Shown: positions 10,198 through 20,934, counted from the first letter of the stretch. The stretch is 64,000 nt of DNA from a bacterium (GCA_021814165.1 JAKAIX010000002.1:5371-69370), one strand, 5' to 3'. A program made the numbers and translations. The notes: generated from the sequence alone by a model not told the origin.

Positions 10198-11103
10198 TTA
10201 TTTCTTTTTCGCGACGTAGAACATATAGCGCCCCGCATCGGGAACCGATTCGGCTACGGCAAGCTCCGACTTCATGAGCAACTTGGTTTCTTCTTCATCC
10301 AATCCGGAGGGACGGGCGACCGGCGCAAGCGGATCCCCCTCGATACCGGAACAGTTTCCTATCCCCATCACACCGAGAACATCAAAACCCGTTTCTTCGA
10401 GGAATTGCTTTGTTTCGTCGTTCGATCCCCACACGAAGTGTATGTCGGTATTCCACAATACCCCTTCTTTCTTCTCCAATATAACCGGAACGTCGGACCA
10501 TTTCCCGCAAGCGATGGAGTACAAAAGACTGAAATAACGCGACCTGAAGGAGGCGCACAGGAGTCCTCCCGGCTTTAACACCCTCAGAATTTCCTTCGTT
10601 ACCGATTCCCACCCGGGGAGAAAAAATGCAACCTCGATAAACAACACCGCATCGAAAGAGTTATCCTTGCTCTGTTTTAAAAACGGCACGAGATCGTCTA
10701 CGCGATATTCCGTGGAAGAAAGATTTTTTTCTTCCTTATACGCCTCGGCAACCCGGATCGCTTCGGGAGAAATATCAACACCTACCACCTTCCCGCCGGA
10801 ACGCACATAGTGCTCGGCGATAAGCGACGAGAAACGCCCCTGTCCGCATCCGAGGTCGAGGAACGAGCCGACAGGCGACACGTGATTTTCCCGGAAATAT
10901 TTTTCCATCCAGAACCAATACTGATCTCTGTAATACGCTTCGTCGGCGTCACCGGTCATACTATGACACTCCGCCGATCGGATAACCAACTTCCGGTGCC
11001 GCTCGGCGCGGAACGTGCGCCCCCCGAATCGCTCGTCCCACTTATGAAGGATGTGCAGCGCTTTTTCAAAAGCTCGAATGAAGAGGTGGGTAATTCTATA
11101 CAT
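10198..11103 (-). CDS. Class I SAM-dependent methyltransferase
   Basis: LDLGCGQG, GVDIS, RVLKPGG. Confidence 0.85.
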   Translation of the reverse strand: MYRITHLFIRAFEKALHILHKWDERFGGRTFRAERHRKLVIRSAECHSMTGDADEAYYRDQYWFWMEKYFRENHVSPVGSFLDLGCGQGRFSSLIAEHYVRSGGKVVGVDISPEAIRVAEAYKEEKNLSSTEYRVDDLVPFLKQSKDNSFDAVLFIEVAFFLPGWESVTKEILRVLKPGGLLCASFRSRYFSLLYSIACGKWSDVPVILEKKEGVLWNTDIHFVWGSNDETKQFLEETGFDVLGVMGIGNCSGIEGDPLAPVARPSGLDEEETKLLMKSELAVAESVPDAGRYMFYVAKKK

Positions 11104-11107
11104 GGAT

Positions 11108-13303
11108 TTAGAGACAAAAACGCATCAGCGCCCGGAAACTCTCATCTCCGTACATCAGATAAGAGTTCGGATCGCGCGAAGGAGGATAATGTTTCGCGTG
11201 TTGCGCGATAACGCCGAGCTGAGGAAGGAGCGTCACAAGCTCGCGAGGAAGTCCCGATATTGCAACGTAATAGTCAGCCCACTCCCTGATTTTTTCCCTC
11301 CATCCGAATCTGTCCGAAAACGCCTCAAGTTCCTCTCCCTCCCCCGTCCTCTTCCATTGTACGAGGAGGGGGGAAAATAGGAAATTGGCGAGATCAAAGA
11401 ACGGGGCGGCCTCCTTTTCAGCGTGTTCAAAATCAAGCATATGCATTACTCCCTTGCGATCAAGAACAAGGTTGCAGAGGTCATAATCCCCGTGCTCGAG
11501 GGAAAGAGGAATTTTGAAGTCCTTACACGATTCGAGAGCGCGGAGAAACGAATCATACGCTTCCTTCGTGTCGTCGTCATTTACCCGCGCAAGTACCTGA
11601 GCCGCCTGTTCTTTAGCGTGCGAGATGAACGCTTTTTTATCCAAAACCCCACCGCTCTCGGTCGAATGATGCAATTCCGCAAGCAATCGAATTCCCTGCC
11701 GTACGAAGGGATCGATCCTTCGAAGCCATCTCCTTGTCGCATAACCGCGCAACGAGCGGGCGATTTTCTCCGCAAATAAAGATCTGATTTTTATCTGTTT
11801 GGGAGAAAATGTCCTCAAGGTTTCCCACAACCGTATTCTCACCGGTTTCCCTTCAAGGTGCTTTATAATCTCGACCGGCGGTTCATGCTTTTCTTCGTGG
11901 ATCCCGAGAACGTCGGGGATGCGCGAAAGGAGCGACTCGCTCTTGATAAGAGACCGCGCATAGCGCACCATCTCCACTTCGTGACGAAGAAAAATTCCCG
12001 AATCGTCCTTTCTTCCGACTTTACAAAATAAGATAGGCGTTCCCTTGCTCGTATCGTACACCGTGAAGTGCGCCGGGTTTCTGTCATTCATTCTCGAGGG
12101 GGTCATCCTTGCCTTATAAGAACATGCGTCTCCCTTTAGGAATCCCGCGTTCCGGAGAAGCGAGATGATGCGCGATGGAGCGGGGTTGCGGGACGATTCC
12201 TTACGGAGAATTATTCCCAAGCTTGGAGAAAAGTATTTTTCGAGACGCCGGGGAAATAACCCCAAAACAAACGCGATTACTCTCCACCTCAAGCTGGTAT
12301 TCGATCCGCGAGATATCGGCGAGAGAACGCGATGGAAAATATCAAAAGGAGTAACACTGTCCATCGTATTGTAATGAGGGAAGACGGAGTACAAGGAAGA
12401 AACCTTGAAGCGTTCCTCCCGCGCGATTTTTTTCAACCCGCGCGGCGAATAAATGAACGTTCGATACGCGATTCCCTTTCTTTTTTTCGTAATCCAATTC
12501 GCAAGAACGCGGGGAAGCAGGGTAACGCAGTGCACGTTTACGTGATCGTCCGGCGTTCCCAAAAAATACTGGATTCCCAAACGGTTCTCAATCGTTATGC
12601 ATATCGCTCCCTCCGGCTTCAATACCCGGTATAATTCGCGGAGTGCCGCACGCTGCATGGATCTCGGATCGGGCTCCTTTCCCCTTTTCTCTTCGAATTT
12701 TCCCTCCCAATGTTTCTCAAGAACAACGTCTTGTATCACCCCAAGCCACTCGAATACGCCGTTTAAAACCACCAGATCGAACATGTTATCGGGAAAAGGG
12801 AGTTTCGCGTTCAAATCCGCGGCAACGGGATGAATATTCGAAAGACCTTCCTGCTCCGATCGGATTTTCAAAAACTCAAGCGTTTCAATCGTCTTATCAA
12901 GCGCATACACCTGCGCGTGGTACTGTGCCGCCGGAACCGCAATTCCTCCCCACATAGCTCCTCCGTCCAGGATTACCGCTTCTTTCCTTGCGGGCCAGAG
13001 AAACTGCATATCCCCTCTTGCAAGAGGAGTAAAATGCGCGCTATATTCGGGAATTATTTTTTTTGCGCTCGCCATCCAGTCGCCGCTCTCCTTTGCTTCC
13101 TTATTCAATCGTCTCATCGTGTCTCTGTTTACGTTGCACCAGTATCCGTCCTCGGGCATGAAATCCGGAATGCCACGTACCACTTTGTATGCCGCACCGC
13201 ATGCATTACAAAAAAGGCGCTCTGCCTCGATTTGCAGAGCCGCACCGCAGTTAGTGCACGAAAATGTCGGCTGTGATACCGAATTACCCTGTTGTGTTTT
13301 CAT
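11108..13303 (-). CDS. Fusion protein: Trm112-like Zn ribbon + SAM methyltransferase + APH-type phosphotransferase
   Basis: N-terminal CxxC..CxxC..GIP; ILDGGA.WG..RVLKP; C-terminal HGDYDLCN..LDFE..PFFDL. Confidence 0.75.
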   Translation of the reverse strand: MKTQQGNSVSQPTFSCTNCGAALQIEAERLFCNACGAAYKVVRGIPDFMPEDGYWCNVNRDTMRRLNKEAKESGDWMASAKKIIPEYSAHFTPLARGDMQFLWPARKEAVILDGGAMWGGIAVPAAQYHAQVYALDKTIETLEFLKIRSEQEGLSNIHPVAADLNAKLPFPDNMFDLVVLNGVFEWLGVIQDVVLEKHWEGKFEEKRGKEPDPRSMQRAALRELYRVLKPEGAICITIENRLGIQYFLGTPDDHVNVHCVTLLPRVLANWITKKRKGIAYRTFIYSPRGLKKIAREERFKVSSLYSVFPHYNTMDSVTPFDIFHRVLSPISRGSNTSLRWRVIAFVLGLFPRRLEKYFSPSLGIILRKESSRNPAPSRIISLLRNAGFLKGDACSYKARMTPSRMNDRNPAHFTVYDTSKGTPILFCKVGRKDDSGIFLRHEVEMVRYARSLIKSESLLSRIPDVLGIHEEKHEPPVEIIKHLEGKPVRIRLWETLRTFSPKQIKIRSLFAEKIARSLRGYATRRWLRRIDPFVRQGIRLLAELHHSTESGGVLDKKAFISHAKEQAAQVLARVNDDDTKEAYDSFLRALESCKDFKIPLSLEHGDYDLCNLVLDRKGVMHMLDFEHAEKEAAPFFDLANFLFSPLLVQWKRTGEGEELEAFSDRFGWREKIREWADYYVAISGLPRELVTLLPQLGVIAQHAKHYPPSRDPNSYLMYGDESFRALMRFCL

Positions 13304-13309
13304 AATGTG

Positions 13310-14044
13310 TCACGCGTTTCCGGAATCAAAATTATGGTATTTCTTCGCAACGAAGAGATTTGCCTTGAGAAGCCAGTAGAAGTTCCCGCAATCGAACCAT
13401 TCCCCTTTCAGTTTAAAGTAACTCAATTCGCCTCGCTCGAGATATACGCGATTAACATCCGTAATCTCGTACTCGCCCCGCTTTGAGGGCTTGAGCGTAT
13501 CGATGACATCGAATACATCGGGGTTGTACATATAAATCCCCACCGCGCACCAATTCGATTTCGGCGCAACGGGTTTTTCTTCTATGTCGATTACTTTTCC
13601 GTCTTTCATCTCGACGACGCCGTAATCCCGCGCCTCCGGATGCTCCTTGAGAAAAATGGCTGCCCCCTTCATTTTTTGGAACGCTTGAACCGGCTCTTTT
13701 AAGGAATCTTCGAATACGTTGTCGCCAAGTACCATGATGATTTTTTCTCCCTGGGCGAAATCTTTTGCGAGGCGGAGCGCATCGGCAAGACCGTTCGGAG
13801 CAAGCTGCACCGCATACCGAAGCCGCGCGCCGAGCCCCGATCCGTTATCGAGCAGGCTCGTAAAATGACTCATGTATTCGCCGCTTGTGACGATTAAGAT
13901 GTCGGTAACGCCCGCTTCGACGAGTTTCTCGATTGGAAAATAAATGAGCGGCTTGTTGTATACCGGCAAAAGGTGTTTGTTCGTGACCGCGGTCAAAGGA
14001 TGAAGACGCGATCCCGATCCCCCTGCTAAAATGACTCCTTTCAT
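13310..14044 (-). CDS. rfbA: Glucose-1-phosphate thymidylyltransferase (short form)
   Basis: KGVILAGGSGSRL.PLT...NKHLLPVY, LGDN, EEKP, RGEYEITD. Confidence 0.9.
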   Translation of the reverse strand: MKGVILAGGSGSRLHPLTAVTNKHLLPVYNKPLIYFPIEKLVEAGVTDILIVTSGEYMSHFTSLLDNGSGLGARLRYAVQLAPNGLADALRLAKDFAQGEKIIMVLGDNVFEDSLKEPVQAFQKMKGAAIFLKEHPEARDYGVVEMKDGKVIDIEEKPVAPKSNWCAVGIYMYNPDVFDVIDTLKPSKRGEYEITDVNRVYLERGELSYFKLKGEWFDCGNFYWLLKANLFVAKKYHNFDSGNA

Positions 14045-14056
14045 ATCACTATTTTA

Positions 14057-15109
14057 TTATTTTGACATTGTACGATGACCTTTCCATAAATCAATATGCG
14101 GGTTAAAAACCCCGGTTCTTTTTCTCACCCTGTCGATCCATTCCCTATTATCGAGATACCACCGGATGGTAGCGGAAAACGCCTCGCGAAAATGCGTTGT
14201 AGGCCTCCAACCGAGTTCTTTTTTTATCTTCGACGCATCAATCGCGTATCGCCTGTCGTGCCCCGGGCGGTCTTTCACAAACTCGATCCATGACCGGTCG
14301 CGCTTGAACATGCGAAGGATGAGATCCGCGATTTCAAGGTTGCTCATCTCGTTATCGGCACCGATGTTATATACCTCCCCCGCCTTTCCTCTGAAAAGGC
14401 AGAGCCGCAGCGCTTCGCAATGGTCCAGCACGTAGATCCAGTCCCGCACGTTTTTCCCGTCGCCGTACATCGGGAGTTTCTTTCCTTCAATCATCCGCAA
14501 CACGAAAAAAGGAATGAGTTTTTCCGGGTACTGATACGGCCCGTAATTATTCGAGCAGTGCGTAACGACGACCGGCACTCCGAACGTGTTGTGATACGAC
14601 CGGCAAAGCATGTCACCGCCCGCTTTTGTCGCGGCGTACGGAACGTTCGGCGCAAACGCGGTCGTTTCCTTGAATTCCGATCGGGAACCGAGCGACAAGC
14701 TCCCGTACACTTCGTCCGTCGAAACCTGCACGTACTTTTCCACCCCCGGCATCGACTTTACCGCCTCGAGAATATTAAATACCCCCGCGACATTCGTGCT
14801 AATAAACTCTTTCGCGCCGACATGGATACTTCTGTCGACATGCGTCTCCGCCGCAAAATTAATGACGTGCGTCGGACGAAATTTCTTAAACGTTGCATCA
14901 ACCGCCGTTTTGTCTGCCACGTCGCCGCGAACGAATTGATAGCGGCGGTCGCGCGCGACGTCTTTCAGGTTATCGAGATTCCCCGAGTAGGTCAGTTTGT
15001 CGAAGTTTGCCACGCGACACCCGGGATGTCGCTTCAGAACGTATCGCACGAAATTCGAGCCAATAAAGCCGGCTCCCCCGAACACGAGTATTTTCACCGT
15101 CGATTTCAT
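14057..15109 (-). CDS. rfbB: dTDP-glucose 4,6-dehydratase
   Basis: GGAGFIGSNF, AAETHVDRSI, STDEVYG, NNYGPYQYPEKLIP, DRPGHDRRY. Confidence 0.95.
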   Translation of the reverse strand: MKSTVKILVFGGAGFIGSNFVRYVLKRHPGCRVANFDKLTYSGNLDNLKDVARDRRYQFVRGDVADKTAVDATFKKFRPTHVINFAAETHVDRSIHVGAKEFISTNVAGVFNILEAVKSMPGVEKYVQVSTDEVYGSLSLGSRSEFKETTAFAPNVPYAATKAGGDMLCRSYHNTFGVPVVVTHCSNNYGPYQYPEKLIPFFVLRMIEGKKLPMYGDGKNVRDWIYVLDHCEALRLCLFRGKAGEVYNIGADNEMSNLEIADLILRMFKRDRSWIEFVKDRPGHDRRYAIDASKIKKELGWRPTTHFREAFSATIRWYLDNREWIDRVRKRTGVFNPHIDLWKGHRTMSK

Positions 15110-15153
15110 CGAGTTTTTCTTCCTTAAAAGTATACGTCCGAGGGGGAGGAAGG

Positions 15154-17130
15154 TCAAAAAACGCTTTTCTTTTCTACAAAATCGGCAACCGCGGCTGCCG
15201 CACGCTCCGCGGCGTTCCCGTCGAGTGCGGTCCCGTAACGGACGAGAAACTCATTATTCGAACAGTCCGCGGAATATGTCTTCTTCTCAAGCCATTGCAA
15301 CACAGAATTCATAAGAACATCGGGATCGTCGGCGCATACCGCTCGTTTGTAAAGCAGCCGCTTCGCGTCCTCGGAGAGACCGAGATTTTTCGTAAGGCAG
15401 AACACCGGCACCGGGTACGTAACCGCCTGTATCACGGTCGTGCTCGGCATGTCGACGATAATCGCATCCGCGCAGGAAAAAAGATCCATCGTACCGACGC
15501 TCGATCTGATCTCAACTATCCCCTTCGATGCGAACGAATGTACATAGCGGTCAAGTCCCGATACGGCGTATGACCGTGTCGGATGGAGTTTCACTATCTT
15601 CGTTCCCCGCATTTCCGCAAGCCGTCCGATGATCGTTCGCTGCGCGTCATAAATGGAATTGTCGGACCACGGCACCGAATTGAAGGGGTATGCGTGGCTC
15701 AGATAATACATCGTGGTCGCATACACGATGCAAGGGCGTGGCGCATTCGTAACTCCCGCGCGGACGAGGGTTGCGTTCATGTCGACGGCTTCGCGCATTG
15801 CGCCGCTCCGCAACACATCGATACTCGCCGAACCCACGACTTTTAGCTCTTTCTTCAAGCCGAGCCCCTGAAGAGCTCTCCTGCGGTTCTCTTCCGATCC
15901 CTCGGCCCAATCCAGAAAGAGATCGGCTGCAGCCGCGTCATCGAGGGTCAACGACCCGATCGGCTGGTAATTCAGGTCGCCGTGCTGCCAACCGATTACC
16001 GGAATTGAGAGATCCTGTGCGGCTTTCGCGATACTTTTTGCGATGGGCGTCGGCGCGATCGAGAAAAGGAGCGCGCGGATTTTTTTCTTCCGGAAGAATT
16101 TCCGCGTCCTATCGTATGCGTGAAGCGACGCGGGCACGATCATGTGCAAAAAGAAGGAGATTCTCCCCCGGAAAAACGGAAAAAGGCAAAGGTCGCCGTC
16201 ACTCATGCTTTTTCGGAACGACGGAGACGTTTCGAGTTCTTTTAATAACGTTTCAAAGATACCGGCGTAGGAGGAACCGCACGACCATCGTTCCAGAGTT
16301 CCTTCGATCTGCCCCGATACCGAGTATCCTTTCCGGAAGAGCGCCTGGCCGGCAAAATTCCAATCATAGCCGCCCGAGAGGAGAATGACCGGCCTCGAAC
16401 GCAGCTGCTTCCGGAAAAGACGCACGGCGCGGGAAAATGACGTCGATCGGGCGATATTCACGAAATAAAAGAGTTGGGGGGATTTCTGGACTAGTTTTCT
16501 TAGAAACGAAAGGGAATCCGATTTTGACAAACGTCGGGAAGAAACGGTTTCCGAACCGGGATTCGTAATCTTCACCGTTTCGGAAGGCGCGAGGAGCGGG
16601 AGTATTTTCGAAAAAAGATTTTCACGGGGATTCCACAGCGACCCTTCGTCGGCACGACGCGCCTGAACGAGCGCGCCGCATGAATCGGAGAAATAACCCA
16701 CCGCGTCCGGCAGTTCCCGTGCAATGATGTTCCTCGCCTGGAACAAAACGGTCCCCAGCGAGAGAAAATTCGCGGTAAACGCGTTCAATCCGTACCACGC
16801 GAGCCGAAGCCCGCGTTCGCGGATCGGGGGGAGTTTTTCCGAAAGCGAAGAATCTATTTCCCGTACCGCGGCGATACATTGCTTCTCCAATCCTTCGGAA
16901 TACGAGGAAAGCTCATTGGATTCGTAGTACTCTTCGGGAATACGATACGAAAATTTCGCGGCATCGAACACGAATCGCGGTTCGACCGACGTCGGTATCA
17001 CAATGCACTTGTTCGCCGATATCGAGTCGCGCCTTGCGAGGATTTCCTTCGCGTGCGCCTCGGTGTGGGCAAAAAGAAGAAGTTTTCCTTCTCTCGATAA
17101 AAACTCCTGGAGATCGACGTCGTTATTCAT
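15154..17130 (-). CDS. Uncharacterised GT-B-like protein, possible ulosonate (sialyl/Kdo-type) transferase
   Basis: WQHG and KLHP motifs, DAIIVD.PSTT, terminal DG.AAER; next to neuB. Confidence 0.5.
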   Translation of the reverse strand: MNNDVDLQEFLSREGKLLLFAHTEAHAKEILARRDSISANKCIVIPTSVEPRFVFDAAKFSYRIPEEYYESNELSSYSEGLEKQCIAAVREIDSSLSEKLPPIRERGLRLAWYGLNAFTANFLSLGTVLFQARNIIARELPDAVGYFSDSCGALVQARRADEGSLWNPRENLFSKILPLLAPSETVKITNPGSETVSSRRLSKSDSLSFLRKLVQKSPQLFYFVNIARSTSFSRAVRLFRKQLRSRPVILLSGGYDWNFAGQALFRKGYSVSGQIEGTLERWSCGSSYAGIFETLLKELETSPSFRKSMSDGDLCLFPFFRGRISFFLHMIVPASLHAYDRTRKFFRKKKIRALLFSIAPTPIAKSIAKAAQDLSIPVIGWQHGDLNYQPIGSLTLDDAAAADLFLDWAEGSEENRRRALQGLGLKKELKVVGSASIDVLRSGAMREAVDMNATLVRAGVTNAPRPCIVYATTMYYLSHAYPFNSVPWSDNSIYDAQRTIIGRLAEMRGTKIVKLHPTRSYAVSGLDRYVHSFASKGIVEIRSSVGTMDLFSCADAIIVDMPSTTVIQAVTYPVPVFCLTKNLGLSEDAKRLLYKRAVCADDPDVLMNSVLQWLEKKTYSADCSNNEFLVRYGTALDGNAAERAAAAVADFVEKKSVF

Positions 17131-17154
17131 TGATCGGGAAAATACAACGGGAAT

Positions 17155-17838
17155 CTATTTTTCCGCAACGCCAAGAACCATAAGTTCGACGGCCCATCTG
17201 AAAAATTTGATGCCCGTAAAACGGGAAAACGCGCGGGCGGCTGGAGTGGAGAAGAAAATTCTCAGGAACGCGGCAATGCCTTTTATCGGCGGAAATTTCC
17301 ACGCGACCGGCAGCTGATGAAATTTCTCCGCATGGACGTTCTTGAATCCGTGCATCGCGAAGGTGTCGGCAAGAGACGTTGTGTCGTACGGACGGCAGTG
17401 CGTAGGATCTTCATAAAATACCTTCATCTGGCTCACCCAATCGGGAGTGAGAACCACTACCTTCCCGCCCGGTTTCAGCACGCGATAGGTTTCCTTCATG
17501 AGATGCGCCGCCGAGTAAAAATGTTCAATCACCGATTTGTGATACACCACGTCGAACGTATTGTCTTCAAAGGGAAACCGTTCCGATTCAAGGTTTGTCT
17601 TCTTGAGTTCCACTTGAGACGAGAGCGCTGTGTCGAGTTCCTTATCGATACCGGAACACCGAAACCCGAGATTCTTGAATGCGAGAAGAAAATCGCCTCT
17701 CCCGCACCCAACCTCGAGGAGGGTTCCGTTCTTTTTGAGAGAAAAACGACCGGATAAGTATCCGGCGAGTTTCGCGGGATAGCTCGTTTTCGGAGTTCTT
17801 TCCTCGTTATATACCACCTTCAGATAGTCGGTGCTCAT
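17155..17838 (-). CDS. Class I SAM-dependent methyltransferase
   Basis: LLEVGCGRG, SVIEH, RVLKPGG, DPTH. Confidence 0.85.
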   Translation of the reverse strand: MSTDYLKVVYNEERTPKTSYPAKLAGYLSGRFSLKKNGTLLEVGCGRGDFLLAFKNLGFRCSGIDKELDTALSSQVELKKTNLESERFPFEDNTFDVVYHKSVIEHFYSAAHLMKETYRVLKPGGKVVVLTPDWVSQMKVFYEDPTHCRPYDTTSLADTFAMHGFKNVHAEKFHQLPVAWKFPPIKGIAAFLRIFFSTPAARAFSRFTGIKFFRWAVELMVLGVAEK

Positions 17839-17895
17839 ATAAGACCAGAGTAACTTTTTATGGGGAAAATAGGAAGTGGCTGAGGGAAACCATAT

Positions 17896-17927
17896 AAAAA
17901 CTCCCCGCCATAAAACGCGGCGGGGAG
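17896..17927 (-). terminator. Probable intrinsic terminator after neuB
   Basis: CTCCCCGCC/GGCGGGGAG stem followed by T5 on the minus strand. Confidence 0.6.
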
Positions 17928-17946
17928 ATATACGCTTCATTAAGAG

Positions 17947-18816
17947 TTACTTTCTCCTGAGTTTCTGTTTTATGGGGATCTCGCTCTCGTAAACCTTCTT
18001 TACTCCGTCTCCAAGGGAAGACTCGAGCGCGCGGATATCGTTCACTATTCTCTCAAATCCCTGTCGCTCGACGGAGGCGGCCTGATCGCTCCCCCACATC
18101 GCCCGATCAAGGGTGATGTGACGTTCAACGAGACACGCGCCGAACGCTACCGATCCGGTCGTCGGAATCAACCCGACTTCGTGGCCCGAATATCCGACAG
18201 GTACCTCGTACCGCGAGCGCAGGAAAGGAATAACCCGGATATTCAGCTCCTCGAGTTTCGAAGGATACGTACTTGTCGCATGAAGTACTATCAAGTCGTC
18301 TTTTCCGAGTACCTCAACCGCATGATCGATTTCTTCAACCGTACTCATGCCCGTCGAGAGAATTACCGGTTTCCCTTTCGATCTGATGTGGCGCAGAAGA
18401 CCGTCATCCGTGAGAGATGCCGAGGCAATTTTATAGCAAGGCACGTTGAATTTCTCCAAAAAATCGACGCTCGCTTCGTCCCACGGAGAAGCAAACCAGA
18501 TGATTCCTTTTTCCTTGCAATAGCGATCTATTTCTTTGTATGCGTCCTCGCCGAACTCCAACCCGCGTTTCAAATCGCCGTTTGTGGGACCAAACGGATT
18601 CTCTCGCGGTTTCGCGAGCTCTTCAGGCGTATAAACGACGTCAACCGTGCGTTTCTGGAACTTCACCGCGTCGCATCCGGTAGCCACCGCGGTATCGATG
18701 AGTTTTTTTGCGATGTCTATATCACCATTGTGATTAATACCGATCTCCGCCACGACGAAAGTCGGGCATCCGTCTCCTACCAGTTTATTGCCGATTTTTA
18801 CCGTTTTTTTATCCAT
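17947..18816 (-). CDS. neuB: NeuB-family ulosonate synthase lacking the C-terminal AFP/SAF domain
   Basis: AEIGINHNG, DAVKFQ, KIASA, STGMS, YSGHE, ERHITLDRAMWGSDQAAS. Confidence 0.9.
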   Translation of the reverse strand: MDKKTVKIGNKLVGDGCPTFVVAEIGINHNGDIDIAKKLIDTAVATGCDAVKFQKRTVDVVYTPEELAKPRENPFGPTNGDLKRGLEFGEDAYKEIDRYCKEKGIIWFASPWDEASVDFLEKFNVPCYKIASASLTDDGLLRHIRSKGKPVILSTGMSTVEEIDHAVEVLGKDDLIVLHATSTYPSKLEELNIRVIPFLRSRYEVPVGYSGHEVGLIPTTGSVAFGACLVERHITLDRAMWGSDQAASVERQGFERIVNDIRALESSLGDGVKKVYESEIPIKQKLRRK

Positions 18817-18871
18817 AGTGTTATATCTTCGGGCGACAATTCATTTATTCACGAAACGATATCGAAGTCAA

Positions 18872-19444
18872 CTATGCGAAAAGTTCTTTCTCTACGAGTT
18901 CGCAGATTATATGCCCCGCGGTGATATGAGCTTCCTGGATCCGCGGCGTATTTGTCGAAGGAATCAAAAGAAGAATATCCGCTTCCCCCTTGAGTTTCCC
19001 TCCGGTCTCTCCCGTAAACGCGATCGTCACCGCACCGAGCGAGCGGGCTTTTTTGATTCCGCGGATCACGTTTTCGGCATTTCCGCTCGTGCTTATGCCG
19101 ATTACGACGTCTTCTTTTGTCACAATCCCTTCCACTTGACGCTCAAAAACCGCACCGTAATCGTAATCGTTTCCTATCGCGGTCAGAATCGAGGTGTTCG
19201 TGGTAAGTGCGAAAGCGGGCAAACTCTTTCGTTCGATTTTGAATCGCCCGGCGAGTTCCGCGGCAATATGCTGGGCATCGGCGGCGCTGCCTCCGTTTCC
19301 GAAAATAACGAGTTTGCCTCCCTTCCGATACGACCCGACGATTGAGCTCGTTATCTCCGCGATGACGGAAACGCAAAGGGATGAGACTTTCCTCATCGTC
19401 TCCTCGTGCTCTTGTAGTCGTTCATTGATGTTTTCTTCTTCCAT
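18872..19444 (-). CDS. gmhA: Phosphoheptose isomerase
   Basis: GNGGSAADAQH.AAEL, TA.GND, STSG, PRIQE.H. Confidence 0.92.
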   Translation of the reverse strand: MEEENINERLQEHEETMRKVSSLCVSVIAEITSSIVGSYRKGGKLVIFGNGGSAADAQHIAAELAGRFKIERKSLPAFALTTNTSILTAIGNDYDYGAVFERQVEGIVTKEDVVIGISTSGNAENVIRGIKKARSLGAVTIAFTGETGGKLKGEADILLLIPSTNTPRIQEAHITAGHIICELVEKELFA

Positions 19445-19447
19445 ATA

Positions 19448-19930
19448 CTAGCCGAGAATAACGTCCGCGACTTCCCTGAATACTCCTTCTCCTCCTTTTG
19501 TCTTTGTTACATAATCCGCGATTTTCCGAACTGCGGGATGCGCATCTTTTGGCGCAATCGCAAAACCGACCCTCTTCATACATTCGATGTCAGTCACGTC
19601 ATTTCCTACAAAACAACTCTTTTTGAGGTCGACCTTACTTTTCTTCGCCACGCTCAAGAGACATTTTAATTTGTCGTCCACGCCGGTAAAACATTTAATC
19701 TTTAATTTCTTACATCGGATTTTTGCGACAGGGTTTCTTTCTTTTGAAATGACTACGCACGGAATTCCTTTTTTCTTGAGCATTCCGAGCCCCAAACCGT
19801 CCGCGCGGGAGCAAAACACGCTTTCCTTTCCGTTCTGATCAACGAGCACGCGATCGTCCGTCATCACGCCATCGAAGTCGGAGAAGATGAAAGCCACGGA
19901 TTTTATTTTTTTGAATGCGTTCCGGCTCAT
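19448..19930 (-). CDS. KdsC/YrbI-family HAD phosphatase
   Basis: DFDGVMTD, DGLG, GND.TD, GGEGVFREV. Confidence 0.88.
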   Translation of the reverse strand: MSRNAFKKIKSVAFIFSDFDGVMTDDRVLVDQNGKESVFCSRADGLGLGMLKKKGIPCVVISKERNPVAKIRCKKLKIKCFTGVDDKLKCLLSVAKKSKVDLKKSCFVGNDVTDIECMKRVGFAIAPKDAHPAVRKIADYVTKTKGGEGVFREVADVILG

Positions 19931-19950
19931 GCCTGTTCTTTGCTCTTTCT

Positions 19951-20934
19951 TTATTTTACACCAACTGACCTCAGAAAATCCTTTATGCCCTGTTTTCTGT
20001 CACAGAGCCTGATAATGCGCTTCATCCCGGCATATTCGCGAGACAGGGACTCGCCATCGGTCCCTTCGGATGCGGAAAAAATGCCTCCCATATGCGAACC
20101 GGTGATGTTTGTTTGAAACGCACGTGTTGTTCCGAGACCCGCTTTTCGCGCGTAATAAACGAGGGTGCGCGGAGAAAAATAGTAGGTATGCGCGTTCTGA
20201 AGCTGGGCCATTCCGAAATATTCGATGTTCGGCACTTCGATATAAAACATCGCCTTCCCGCCTACACGACTTACAAGCTCGCGGAGCGCTTTTACGGGAT
20301 CGAGAAAATGCTCGAGTACGTGAGAAAGAATCACGAGATCAAAACTGCCGCCCTCCACGTCGGCAATCGAACCCGATTTTATATTCATCCCCATCTTCTG
20401 TCCGAGCGCGACGAGAGAATGACTGAAGTCGAGGCCTTCGATGTTCTTTTTATCCCGGAAGAAAGGGTAGAGATTCCATCCTCCTCCGCATCCGATCTCG
20501 AGTACGTTTTTTACGTTCGGATAGTCGAGATTCTTCTTGATGAACTCAAACCGAGTTTTCGAATCTCCGTTACTCTGGGCAAAAAAATTATCGACATCCG
20601 CACCCGAAAAACCGGCTTCATACAGCTTCCGATAGTAATCCGTTTCGTAGAAATTCTTATAGGCGGCGGAGGTCATGCGCGGCATGCTTTGCACAAGACC
20701 GCACGACTTGCACATCACGGTATCCTGGAGGAGGCCGTAACGATCCACCGAGGCGATAAGAGAGAAATCACTGCCGCCGCAAAGACAATCGACGCTTTCA
20801 AAATCAATCTTTTTTTCCAGCACCAGCTTGTTGAACTCATCACGCAAGGAAACCTGTTCTTCCGACATCGGGCAGAAAGAAACTTTTCCTTCAGAAAAAA
20901 TCTTGTTTTTCGTCAGTTTTTCCAGAACTCCCAT
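19951..20934 (-). CDS. Class I SAM-dependent methyltransferase
   Basis: CLCG..C..CGLV, LEIGCGGG, SHVLEH, IEVP. Confidence 0.85.
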   Translation of the reverse strand: MGVLEKLTKNKIFSEGKVSFCPMSEEQVSLRDEFNKLVLEKKIDFESVDCLCGGSDFSLIASVDRYGLLQDTVMCKSCGLVQSMPRMTSAAYKNFYETDYYRKLYEAGFSGADVDNFFAQSNGDSKTRFEFIKKNLDYPNVKNVLEIGCGGGWNLYPFFRDKKNIEGLDFSHSLVALGQKMGMNIKSGSIADVEGGSFDLVILSHVLEHFLDPVKALRELVSRVGGKAMFYIEVPNIEYFGMAQLQNAHTYYFSPRTLVYYARKAGLGTTRAFQTNITGSHMGGIFSASEGTDGESLSREYAGMKRIIRLCDRKQGIKDFLRSVGVK

